Shown here piece after piece: positions 10,557 through 19,759 of a DNA stretch of 64,000 nt (position 1 is its first letter; each line of letters starts with the position of its first letter). Origin of the DNA: Candidatus Multivorans sp. Its GTDB lineage: Bacteria > Acidobacteriota > Thermoanaerobaculia > Multivoradales > Multivoraceae. Both the position numbers and the translations under genes were made by a program. The notes beneath the pieces were generated by a model, which searched no databases, was not told the DNA's origin, and saw nothing but the letters and a program-made list of their open reading frames with translations. The DNA lies in NCBI GenBank assembly GCA_965203495.1, contig CBDBDB010000003.1:11297-75296 (forward strand), written 5' to 3'.

Positions 10557-12674
10557 ATGACCATGCGCTTCCCAGCAACCAGAAACGCCTTCCCTGCCGT
10601 CGCGGCTCTCCCGCTGCTCCTGCTGAACGCTCCGCCGACCCTGGCCAGCCAGGACGGCGCGGCGCCCGAGTCGGAGGAGCAGCCGCCCACGATCTCCGCC
10701 CGCATGACGGTCACCGCCTCCCTGCCCGAAATCCAGGTCCAGACGACGATTCCGGCCGAGAGCTTCCAGAACGAGTCGGACCTGGCCGCGGCCTTCCGCG
10801 CCGCGCCCGGTCTCGACGCAAACCGTCGCGGACCGATCAACCTGGAACCGACTCTCCGGGGCCTGCAGGAGAACCAGATCGCGATGACCGTCGACGGCTC
10901 GCGCACGTTCGCCGCCGGCCCGGCCCGGATGGACTCCGACCTGAGCCACGTGAATCCGCTCGCCGTCGACGAGGTCCGGATCGTCAAGGGCCCTTACGCA
11001 CTGATGTGGTCCGCCGGCGCAATGGGCGCGATCGACGTCGTCACCCGGGCGCCGGAGTTCACGGCCGCCGGCCACGGGCTTTCCGGCGCTTTCTCGCTCG
11101 ACTACGGCGACAACGGGAGCACGACCAGCGGCCTCGCCCGGCTCGCCGGCGCCACGCCGAGCAGCCGCTACGCCCTCACCGCCGGCCGGCGCTCGGGCAA
11201 CGACTACGAGGACGGCGCCGGCCGGGACGTCCCGGGAGACTACCTGTCCGAGGACCTGTCCTGGCTGTTTGGCGTACAGGCGGGCAGAGGCGGTCTGCTC
11301 CGGTACAACGGCGGCTACCAGTCGCAGGAGGACATCGACTATCCCGGCCGGCTGCTGGACGCCAGCTGGTTCAAGACCCGTTCCCACAACCTCAGGTACC
11401 TGTGGAACGGCGAGCGGAAGGCGCTTCGCGGCTTCATGGTCCAGCTCTATTCGAACCGCAAGGATCACCTGATGAACAATGACGGGAAGCCGACCGGCCG
11501 CGACGCCCCTGGCCGCACACCGCCCTTCGCTCTCGATATCGACCTGCCGACCGAGTCGAACACCGACGGCCTCCGGCTCTCCTTCGACCTGGGCGGCGCG
11601 GGCGACCGCGGCTTGCGCTGGACCGTCGGCGCCGACCACTACCGCTCACGCCAGCAGGCCGAGCGCCTGGTCCAGCGCCGGTCGAACGGGCTCCTGATCT
11701 TCCGGGACCAGGTCTGGGCGGGCAGCCGCACCGACAACGTGGGCGTTTACGTGCAGGGCGTGCGCGACGCCGAGAACGCGTCCTTCGGCGCCGCGGTTCG
11801 CGTCGACTCCGTGTCCGCGGGAATCGACCACGCGACCGAGTTCTTTCGCGCCAATACGGAAGGCGGTCCGGAGCGGAACGAAACGAACCTGAGCGCGGCG
11901 CTCTCGGCGGCCTTCACGCTTGACGACGAGTGGCTCCTGACCCTCGGCGCCGGCCGCGCCGTGCGCACGGCGACCACGCTGGAGCGCTGGTCCGACCGCT
12001 TCCCCGCCAGCAAGTTCCAGCTCCCCGCGGAGTTCATGGGCAACCCCCTGATCGAACCGGAGGTCAGCAACCAGGTCGATCTCGACCTGCAGGGCCGCCC
12101 CGGCTCGCGGCTCGAAGTCAGCGCGACCCTGTTCTACCGCTGGATCGACGACTACATCACGATCGCGCCGGATCGGTCCCTGCCGAAACGACTGCCGCTC
12201 TCGCCGCCCGTCGTCTTCCGCTACGTCAACGGCGACGCGTCGTTCCTGGGCGGCGAACTCGGTCTTCGTCAGCGCGTCACCGACGTCTTCTCCTGGCGGT
12301 TCGAGGTCGAATCCGTCCGGGCGGACGACGACACCCTCGACGAGCCCCTGCTCGGCATCCCGCCTCTGACCGCCCGGGTGGGGATGCGCCTGCAACTCCC
12401 CTCCGGCCGGGCCTGGATCGACCTCTCCGGCGCCGCAACCCGGGACCAGGACCGGACCGCGACCAGCCGTCACGAAATCCCGACCGAAGGCGACGAGATC
12501 CTCGACCTTGCCGCAGCCTGGACTCTCCGTTCAGGCCTCGAGTTCCGCTTGCGGGCCTGCAACCTGACCGACGCGGCCTACGCCAGCCATCTGAACGCCA
12601 GGAACCCGTTCAACGGGCGACGCATCCTCGAACCCGGCAGGCGCCTGTTCGCGGGCATCTCCTACCGTCGTTAG
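10557..12674 (+). CDS. TonB-dependent outer-membrane receptor
   Basis: 705 aa with a signal peptide. Plug-domain region (IAMTVDGSRTF...VDEVRIVKGPYALMWSAGAMGAIDVVTR) followed by a long beta-barrel region. Confidence 0.85.
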   Translation: MTMRFPATRNAFPAVAALPLLLLNAPPTLASQDGAAPESEEQPPTISARMTVTASLPEIQVQTTIPAESFQNESDLAAAFRAAPGLDANRRGPINLEPTLRGLQENQIAMTVDGSRTFAAGPARMDSDLSHVNPLAVDEVRIVKGPYALMWSAGAMGAIDVVTRAPEFTAAGHGLSGAFSLDYGDNGSTTSGLARLAGATPSSRYALTAGRRSGNDYEDGAGRDVPGDYLSEDLSWLFGVQAGRGGLLRYNGGYQSQEDIDYPGRLLDASWFKTRSHNLRYLWNGERKALRGFMVQLYSNRKDHLMNNDGKPTGRDAPGRTPPFALDIDLPTESNTDGLRLSFDLGGAGDRGLRWTVGADHYRSRQQAERLVQRRSNGLLIFRDQVWAGSRTDNVGVYVQGVRDAENASFGAAVRVDSVSAGIDHATEFFRANTEGGPERNETNLSAALSAAFTLDDEWLLTLGAGRAVRTATTLERWSDRFPASKFQLPAEFMGNPLIEPEVSNQVDLDLQGRPGSRLEVSATLFYRWIDDYITIAPDRSLPKRLPLSPPVVFRYVNGDASFLGGELGLRQRVTDVFSWRFEVESVRADDDTLDEPLLGIPPLTARVGMRLQLPSGRAWIDLSGAATRDQDRTATSRHEIPTEGDEILDLAAAWTLRSGLEFRLRACNLTDAAYASHLNARNPFNGRRILEPGRRLFAGISYRR

Positions 12675-13165
12675 TCCTGCCGGCGGCAGCGGCGCCGCAC
12701 CGACTCCGGCCCCTCTGGCCGACGCTCACGGCGCGCTTCGATCCGCCGGCGCAATTCGTCGAGCTCCGCGCGGTCGGGCCGCAGGTTGGAGGCGCCATGG
12801 ATGTAGACGTGCTCGACGTCCGAGGCGGGAAGCGTCGTGTTCCAGTGCAGCAGGATGCGTACGCAACGCTCCAGACCGCCCGGAACCGCCATTTCGTGCC
12901 CGCACAGGAGAGCCGCGTCGCGCCAACCCATCAGCCTGGCCGCGAGCGCCGGGTACTCCGCCGTCAGGTCCGGCGAAGTCGTGAAGATGGCGCTCGCGAC
13001 CTCCTCGGGCTCGATGCCGTTCGCCTGCACCATCCGCTCGAGCAGTTCCGCCGTCGCGGTCAGAATCGACTCGCGATGCACGCCCTCTACCGTCGTCGCG
13101 CCGCGAACGCCGCGGCAGACCGGCAGCCGTGAGCGGCGGGTACTCCTGCGCGGCTTGGGAGACAT
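12671..13165 (-). CDS. aroH: Chorismate mutase, AroH class
   Basis: VRGATTVEG...SILTATAELLERMVQANGIEPEEVASAIFTTSPDLTAEYPA...LCGHEMAVPGGLERCVRILLHWNT aligns with B. subtilis AroH (RGIRGATTVE...TPDL...CMQEMDVTGGLKKCIRVMM). The true start may be downstream of 13165. Confidence 0.8.
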   Translation of the reverse strand: MSPKPRRSTRRSRLPVCRGVRGATTVEGVHRESILTATAELLERMVQANGIEPEEVASAIFTTSPDLTAEYPALAARLMGWRDAALLCGHEMAVPGGLERCVRILLHWNTTLPASDVEHVYIHGASNLRPDRAELDELRRRIEARRERRPEGPESVRRRCRRQD

Positions 13166-13200
13166 GAAACGAACCGGCGACCCATCCGGCGGAGCTAGCG

Positions 13201-16152
13201 CTAGCGCTCCTGATCGGCGCCCTCACCGAGGAAGCGGATCAGGCTGGCCAGGTCGCTCAGGGTCATCGTGTCGAGCAGGCCTTCCGGCATGATCGAGAGC
13301 GCGGACGGCTCGCGGCGCCGGATCCGCTCCTTGTCCAGATCGACGCGGACGCCGCCGGCGTCGACCAGCGTCAACCGATCGGCGCCGTCCTCCACCACCA
13401 TGCCGCTGTGCAGGCTGCCGTCGTCGAGTTCGACGTCGACCGTCTGGTACTGGTCCGAGATGACGCGTGACGGGAACATGATCGACTCGAGAACTTCGCC
13501 GCGACGAAAGCGCTTGACGACCGTCGAGAGATCCGGGCCGCCGCCGCGGCCGATGTCGCCGAAGACGTGACAGGCCGAGCAACGCGCACGGTGAAACACC
13601 CGTTCACCCTGCTCGGGGTCGTAACGCTCGTAGGCCATCACGTCGTACTCCAGGTACTCCGCGAGTTCCTCGAAGCTCATCTGGGCGAGGTCGTTCCTAC
13701 CTCGCCGGTCACCCTCGACTTCGGTGACCAGCGCGGCGGCGCGCCGCGCCCGCTCGGCCCGCTGATTCTCGAGTCGCTCCTCGGCCGCCGCGCGTTCCTC
13801 GTCCGGGAACCGGGCCAGGACGTCGTTCCAGATGGCGTCGATGTATCCCTCCATGCTGGCGGCGCCACGGAACTCCCGGGCATCGTCGAACCAGGCCACG
13901 ACCCGGCCGCGCAACGCCGGCGTCCAGCCCCTGTCCATCGTCCGCAGGCAGTAGGCGGTGTGGATCTCCTCCGGCGTCGGCCGGTTCCCTTCCAGACGCT
14001 CGACCATCAGGGCAAGGGCCCCGTCCGGCTGCAGGTAGGCGAGCAGCCGTTCGAGCTGGCGGTTCACGCGATCGTCGGCGTGCGGGTAGCGACCGAGCAA
14101 CGCCTGCCCCAAGCCGACGCGCGCCTCGTCTCGCCCCGGAGCGTCGGGCGCCGGATCGCGAATGAAGGCGATCTCCATCGTCCGCAGGAAGTCGAGTTCG
14201 GCCTCCGCATCCAGGTCGGCCCGCGCGACCTGAAGCAGGCCGCCCATGAGGAAGTTGTACTCGATTCTGTGCTCCAGGCTGTAGATCATCGCCAGCACCG
14301 CCTCGAAGAAACCGCGGGGGCGCTGCCGGGGAGAGGCCACGAACGCCTGGTCGACCCAGTAGCCATGGGGGATCCGTTGGATCGCCTCCCGCGCCGCGTA
14401 ACGGAGGAACCGGTCACCGTGATCGAGCAGGCCGTACAGGGCGTCGGAGGTTGCGACCTCGATGCCGCGGGCGCGGAGATCGAGCCCCGAACGCACCATG
14501 GACTCGGCTGCCCGCCGGGCGACCAGCGGGTCGACATCGGCCAGCGCGGCGCGCAGAGGCCGCTGTACCTGGGAGAACGGGTGGCCGCCGAGCAGCCCGG
14601 CCGCGGCCGCGCGCACCAAGGGCGCGTCGGAGTCCAGCAACGCCGCCGTTTCCTCCGAAGTCGGTCGCGGACCATGCACCTGGAGCAGTTCCAGCGCGCG
14701 GATGCGGTCGAGCTGCGGCCGTTCCGCGCTGTGAACGATCGCCCAGAGTTCCGGCGCCCAGTTCGCGCCCGCCTCTCCGCGGGCGCGCCGGATCGCCTCC
14801 CTGCCCCACGCGGAGCGGGGCATCGGCTGACGGACCGCGGCTTCCGTGCCCGTGACCGCGACCGCCTCCCCGGCTCGCTCGCTGGTCACTCGGTAGAGAC
14901 CTCCCGACGTGCCCCGGCCGCCGGTCGCGAAGTACAGAACGCCGTCCGGCCCGACATCGAGGTCCGTCACGTTCAGCGGTTCGCCCAGGACGAAATCGTG
15001 CGCCTCCCCGGTCCAGGTGGCGCCGGCCCGCTCGGGGAACAGGACCCGGATCCGGCCCCGAGACCAGTCGCCCATGAAGTAGGCGCCCTGGTAGCGATCG
15101 GGGTAGACGTGGTGGTAGTAGAAGGCGACGCCCACCGGCGAGCCCCGTCCGATGTCGACCACGCTTGGCAGCGTGTCGATCTCGTGGAACGCGATCTTCC
15201 CGGACCCGGTGCGCCAGCCGTAGTCGCCCGCCGGTATCAGGTGGACCACCCGCGTGGGGCGAAACCAGGGCAAACCGCGGTCCCACTCCATGTCCGCCTC
15301 GTAGGCGAAGATCTCGCCCGCCGCGCCGATCGCCAGATCGAAGGGATTGCGCAGGCCTCCCGCGAGCCGCTCCCACGTGTTGGCGTCGAGATCCAGACGA
15401 TGGACCGTGCCGCCCGGCGCGCGCAGGCCGTTGGCATGGCCTCGCGGGTCGAGGATCGGCGGCAGGAGCTGATCCTCCCGCAGCGCGCGCAGCGGCGAGG
15501 TCGGCGCGAGGCTGACATCGGGCGACGAGTGGTTTCCGTAGAGGACGTACAGCGCGCCGTCGGGACCTCGCGCGATCGTGTGCGGTCCGTGCTCCTGGAT
15601 GCCGCCATTCGCGGGAGCGATCCGCTCGACCGCGTCGACCCGGTCGTCGCCGTCCGTGTCCCGCAGCCGGTAGAGCCCGGCGTCCTCCACCGAGGCGTTG
15701 CGGCCGGGCCTGCCCTCGACTCCCGCCGCCTCGGCCAGCCGGCCGCGGCCATTCGCGTGGACCAGCACGTCGCCCGGCCCCATGACGTACAGCCCATGCG
15801 CGGTGGCGACCTGGGGAGCGAAATCGATGCGCCGGTCGTACCGGCCGTCACCGTCGGCGTCCTCGAGCAGGGCCAGCCCTTCGCCCTCCAGCGCCAGCAG
15901 CGGTCTGCCCGCGGCGTCGAAGGTCATGTTGACGACCGAGCCGAAGAGGCCGTCCGCCGCCGCGGGTTCCACCGCGAATCCGTCCGGCGCGCGAAATCGC
16001 TCCCCGGCGTAGTCGAGCCGCTCGCGACGAGAGGCGTCGTGATCGGGCATCAACTCCTGGGCGCCGGCCGCAGCGGCGAGACCCAGCCCGAGTCCCAAGG
16101 ACAGGCCGCGAACGAACATGGTCGGCGATCCTACCCTCCTCCCGGCGCCCAC
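13201..16152 (-). CDS. PVC-type large exported protein: putative membrane-bound dehydrogenase (beta-propeller-like) domain + HEAT-like repeats + C-terminal c-type haem domain
   Basis: 983 aa with an N-terminal signal peptide. Single CxxCH near the C-terminus (HRARCSACHVFGDIGRGGGPDL). The architecture matches the Planctomycete/Verrucomicrobia membrane-bound dehydrogenase + haem-binding domain family. Confidence 0.7.
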   Translation of the reverse strand: MGAGRRVGSPTMFVRGLSLGLGLGLAAAAGAQELMPDHDASRRERLDYAGERFRAPDGFAVEPAAADGLFGSVVNMTFDAAGRPLLALEGEGLALLEDADGDGRYDRRIDFAPQVATAHGLYVMGPGDVLVHANGRGRLAEAAGVEGRPGRNASVEDAGLYRLRDTDGDDRVDAVERIAPANGGIQEHGPHTIARGPDGALYVLYGNHSSPDVSLAPTSPLRALREDQLLPPILDPRGHANGLRAPGGTVHRLDLDANTWERLAGGLRNPFDLAIGAAGEIFAYEADMEWDRGLPWFRPTRVVHLIPAGDYGWRTGSGKIAFHEIDTLPSVVDIGRGSPVGVAFYYHHVYPDRYQGAYFMGDWSRGRIRVLFPERAGATWTGEAHDFVLGEPLNVTDLDVGPDGVLYFATGGRGTSGGLYRVTSERAGEAVAVTGTEAAVRQPMPRSAWGREAIRRARGEAGANWAPELWAIVHSAERPQLDRIRALELLQVHGPRPTSEETAALLDSDAPLVRAAAAGLLGGHPFSQVQRPLRAALADVDPLVARRAAESMVRSGLDLRARGIEVATSDALYGLLDHGDRFLRYAAREAIQRIPHGYWVDQAFVASPRQRPRGFFEAVLAMIYSLEHRIEYNFLMGGLLQVARADLDAEAELDFLRTMEIAFIRDPAPDAPGRDEARVGLGQALLGRYPHADDRVNRQLERLLAYLQPDGALALMVERLEGNRPTPEEIHTAYCLRTMDRGWTPALRGRVVAWFDDAREFRGAASMEGYIDAIWNDVLARFPDEERAAAEERLENQRAERARRAAALVTEVEGDRRGRNDLAQMSFEELAEYLEYDVMAYERYDPEQGERVFHRARCSACHVFGDIGRGGGPDLSTVVKRFRRGEVLESIMFPSRVISDQYQTVDVELDDGSLHSGMVVEDGADRLTLVDAGGVRVDLDKERIRRREPSALSIMPEGLLDTMTLSDLASLIRFLGEGADQER

Positions 16153-16186
16153 GCGCCGCGAATCCGGGGGTTAGGATGCCGACAGC

Positions 16187-17418
16187 GTGGCCGAACGCCC
16201 CCGCACCATCGCCGTGCTTGCGACCCTCGACACGAAGGGCGGGGAGGTCGCCTTCCTGGTCGACCGGATCGTGCGCGACTGGGGTTGCCGAGCCTTCGTC
16301 ATCGACCTCGGCATCCTCGGCGAGCCCGCGCCGGACGGCGGCCGGCAGCCCGACGTCAGCCGCCGCGAGGTCGCCTGCGCGGCCGGCGAGACGATCGAGG
16401 AACTCGTGCGCGCGGCCGACCGCGGTCGGACCATCGCGGCCATGTCGGCCGGCGCCGAGGAGATCGTCCGCCGCTGCGACCGTCAGGCGAGGTTCGACGC
16501 GATCGTCGGCCTCGGCGGCAGAGCGGGCACGATGATGGCGACCGCCGCGATGCGCGCCTTGCCGCTCGGCGTACCCAAGATGATGGTGTCGACGGTGGCG
16601 GGCGGCGACGTGTCCGGCTACGTCGGCGTCAAGGACATCGTGATGGCGCCGTCGATCGTCGATATCGACGGGATCAACCGGATCAGCCGGCAGGTCCTGA
16701 GCCGCACCGCCGCCGCGGTCTGCGCCATGGCCCAGGTCGAGATCGAAGGAGGAGACGACCGTCCTCTGATCGCGGTGTCCACATTCAGGAGCGCCGCGTG
16801 GACGCCTGTCGGCGCCAACTGGAGATCGAGGGACTCGAGGTTCTCGTCTTCCAGGCCACGGGCGCCGGCGGCCGCACGATGGAGAGCCTGATCGAGGCCG
16901 GCTTCGTCCACGGCGTGCTCGACCTGACGACCGCCGAGTGCGCGGACGAACTGGTCGGCGGCGTACGCACCGCCGGTCCCTCGCGACTGGAGGCAGCGGC
17001 GAAGAGCGGTACGCCCGCCGTCGTCGTGCCCGGTTGCCTCGACATGGTCAGCTTCTTCTCCCGGGACACCGTTCCGGAAGAGTTCGAGGGCCGCAACTTC
17101 CACCGCCAGAGCGACAACATGACCCTGATGCGCACGACGCGCGATGAGTCCGCCGAACTCGGCCAGGTCCTCGCCGCCAAACTGAACGCCTCCACCGGAC
17201 CGGTCGAGGTCTATCTGCCGCTGGGCGGCGTTTCCACCCTTTCCGCCCCCGGCGGACCCTTCCACGACCCAGCGGCCGACGACGCGCTCTTCGCCGCGCT
17301 GCGCGAGAACCTGCGGCGGGCCGTGCCGGTCACCGAGGTCGACGCGAACATCAACGACCCGCGTTTCGCCTGCGCCGTCAGCGACGCCATGCTGCGGCTG
17401 GTGCGGGACGCCAACTGA
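16187..17418 (+). pseudogene. UPF0261 (Tm-1-like) family gene interrupted by a -1 frameshift near 16790-16800
   Basis: The N-terminal 200 aa (VAERPRTIAVLATLDTKGGE...RPLIAVSTF) are in frame 2 and terminate at 16891. The C-terminal 210 aa (VDACRRQLEIEGLEVLVFQATGAGGRTMESLIEAGFVHGVLDLTTAEC...LRLVRDAN) are in frame 1 and end at 17418. Both halves match one UPF0261 protein. Confidence 0.7.
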
Positions 17419-17422
17419 GGCG

Positions 17423-18133
17423 TCATCCGCGCACCAGAACGCGCTCCCCGAGCGGCTGAACCGGCCGACGGTTGTTCGGGTAGGTCGCCGCGAAGGCCTC
17501 GATCTGGGCGGCGGACAGCGTGAGCGGTTCCGTCAGGACGATCCAGGCCACGCCCTCCGTGCACGGCGGCGTGGTCAGCGATCCCCGGTACCGCCAGGAG
17601 GTCCGCGGCGCCGGCAACAGGGCCGGCAGATCGACCGCGTCCGGGATGGCGCGCGGCGGATCGGCAGCGGCCGGAAAGCTCGACCACACGGTCGCCAGCG
17701 CCGGGTTCGGGGGACCCTCGCGGAACAGGACGCCGACGACCAGCAGCGAGCTGGCGGCGCTCCGATGCACGAAGTGCATCTCGAGCGGCAGGCGGACGCC
17801 CGCGATCGTGTGCTCGGCGCCGTGGTGGAAGTGGAACTGCTCCAACTCGAACCGCACGCCCGCGACGACGATCCGGTTGCCGGGTTCCGGGTTCACCTGG
17901 ATCGAGTGCCCCGTGTTCTCGACCGTCGACCGGGAAGACCGGTACCTGAACTCGACCGGGTCGACCCGTGCCTCGCGTGCGTCGATCAGATCGATCGGAG
18001 ACTGTTCGCCGCCCAGCGAACACGTCTGGTAGGCAGGGTCGAGACGTCCCCAGACGGCGGGGCCGTCGTGCTCATCGTAGCCCCACTCCGCTCCGTCGGC
18101 AGGTTCGCGCATCGGCGCGGGACGATAACCCAT
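17423..18133 (-). CDS. Alpha-class carbonic anhydrase (no signal peptide)
   Basis: WGYDEHDGPAVWG...SPIDL...QFHFHHGAEHTIAGVRLPLEMHFVH...GSLTTPPCTEGVAWIV carries the alpha-CA zinc-ligand and active-site motifs. Confidence 0.9.
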   Translation of the reverse strand: MGYRPAPMREPADGAEWGYDEHDGPAVWGRLDPAYQTCSLGGEQSPIDLIDAREARVDPVEFRYRSSRSTVENTGHSIQVNPEPGNRIVVAGVRFELEQFHFHHGAEHTIAGVRLPLEMHFVHRSAASSLLVVGVLFREGPPNPALATVWSSFPAAADPPRAIPDAVDLPALLPAPRTSWRYRGSLTTPPCTEGVAWIVLTEPLTLSAAQIEAFAATYPNNRRPVQPLGERVLVRG

Positions 18134-18138
18134 GCGGG

Positions 18139-19551
18139 CTATTCGTCCGCGGGCTCTCCCGCGTGCTCCTGCGCCGCTCTCGCGGCCTCCATGTCGTCTT
18201 CATCCGGCATCAGGATGAACTCGGGGTAGGACTCGATGCCGAGTTCGGCCATGTCCTGACCGAGTTCCTCGACCTCCGGCGACACGCGAACGCCGATCGT
18301 CTTGCCGAGCGCCCACCACAGCAGCATCGACAGCCCGAACACGAAGGCCCCGACAGACAGGATGCCGACGATCTGATGCACGAGGTTGCCGCCGGCCGCG
18401 ATGCAGACGGCGAGCGTTCCCCAGATGCCGGCGAACAGGTGGACCGGAACGGCGCCCACGACATCGTCCAGCTTCATCCGCTCGAGCAGCTTCATGCCGG
18501 CGACGGTGACGACGCCGCCTATCGCGCCGATCAGGAGCGCCCAGTGGTGGCCGACCAGGTCAGGCCCGGCGGTGACGCCGACCAGCCCCCCAAGCGCGCC
18601 GTTCAGAACCGCCAGCAGGTCCACGCGACCCAGCAACGGCCGCGAGACAACCAACGCCGCGACGACGCCCGCGGCGGCGGCGAGGTTCGTGTTGACCAGC
18701 AGGTTGCTCATCGCCGTCGCGTCGGCTGCGCCGCCGAGCGCGAGCTGAGAACCGCCGTTGAAGCCGAACCAGCCCATCCACAGGATGAAGACGCCCAGAG
18801 TGACGATCGGGACGTTCGAAGGCGGAGTGACCTTGACGCCGCCGTCGGAGCGGAACTTGCCGCGCCTCGCGCCAACCGTGATGATCCCCGCCAGGGCAGC
18901 CCAGCCGCCCGTCGAATGGACGATGGTGGAGCCGGCGAAATCCTGGAAGCCCAGCTCGGCAAGCCAACCGCCGCCCCAGGTCCAGGCGCCGACGATCGGA
19001 TAGATCACCGCGGTCAGTGCGCCAGTGAAGATGAGGAAGGACCAGAGCTTGACGCGCTCGGCGAGAGCTCCCGACACGATCGAGGCCGTGGTGGCCACGA
19101 AGGTCATCTGGAAGAACCAGCTCGACATCTCGGAATACCCGCTCCCGATGACCGCGGCCGCCTTGTCCGCGTCGCCGCCGAGCAGGGCCATCTCGTCCGC
19201 GGACGCTTCGAACAGCGGCGTGACCGACCCGATCCAGGCGCCCACATCGACGTACATCAGGTTGTAGCCGATGACGTAGTAGGCGATGCCGGCGATCGAG
19301 TAGAGCCCGATGTTCTTCATGCAGATGACGGAGGCGTTCTTCGTCCGCACCGAACCGGCCTCGAGCATCGTGAAGCCGGCGCACATCCACATGATGAACG
19401 CGCCCCAGACCAGGAAGGCGTACGTACTGAAGACGTAGGCGACGTCTCCGGACACCTGGGCGCCGGCGGCGGCCGCGACGAGAAGCAGCACGGCGCCGGC
19501 GAGAACGGCCTTGAGAACGAACGGTCGGAAGGTCAGGGATTGCGCGTTCAT
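18139..19551 (-). CDS. amt: Ammonium transporter (Amt family)
   Basis: About 470 aa with 11 TM helices. Amt signature blocks (FLVWGAFIMWMCAGFTMLEAGSVRTKN..., DFAGSTIVHSTGGWAALAG). The track ORF starts at 19587; MNAQSL at 19551 is more likely. Confidence 0.9.
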   Translation of the reverse strand: MNAQSLTFRPFVLKAVLAGAVLLLVAAAAGAQVSGDVAYVFSTYAFLVWGAFIMWMCAGFTMLEAGSVRTKNASVICMKNIGLYSIAGIAYYVIGYNLMYVDVGAWIGSVTPLFEASADEMALLGGDADKAAAVIGSGYSEMSSWFFQMTFVATTASIVSGALAERVKLWSFLIFTGALTAVIYPIVGAWTWGGGWLAELGFQDFAGSTIVHSTGGWAALAGIITVGARRGKFRSDGGVKVTPPSNVPIVTLGVFILWMGWFGFNGGSQLALGGAADATAMSNLLVNTNLAAAAGVVAALVVSRPLLGRVDLLAVLNGALGGLVGVTAGPDLVGHHWALLIGAIGGVVTVAGMKLLERMKLDDVVGAVPVHLFAGIWGTLAVCIAAGGNLVHQIVGILSVGAFVFGLSMLLWWALGKTIGVRVSPEVEELGQDMAELGIESYPEFILMPDEDDMEAARAAQEHAGEPADE

Positions 19552-19759
19552 CGGTTCCCCCCTCAGGGCAGCCGCCTCCTCCGCCACGCACGGAGCTCCT
19601 CCACTGCCCGGCCACGGACATCCGTCAATCGGAGGCCGTGAACACTATAGCGGCACGCCGGGCACGCTGCTCGATCCGGCCTCGATCCGGCGAAGAACCG
19701 TCGCCTTCCATTGCCCATCCCGAGTCGATCGCAGCGCTTGAACGTCATACGATCGCCTC

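Noticed and set aside
13567-17418. 1283-aa plus-strand ORF
   Set aside because: For about 3.2 kb it is antisense to the well-supported PVC-type gene, with an Arg/Gly/Pro-rich translation typical of GC artefacts. Only its last roughly 210 codons are genuine, as the shifted C-terminal half of the UPF0261 gene.
19640-19675. Sigma-54-like element cGGCACGccggGCACGctg upstream of the methyltransferase and amt divergent region
   Set aside because: The -12 element is GCAC rather than TTGC(A/T), and the orientation would drive the methyltransferase rather than amt. A chance match in GC-rich DNA cannot be excluded.
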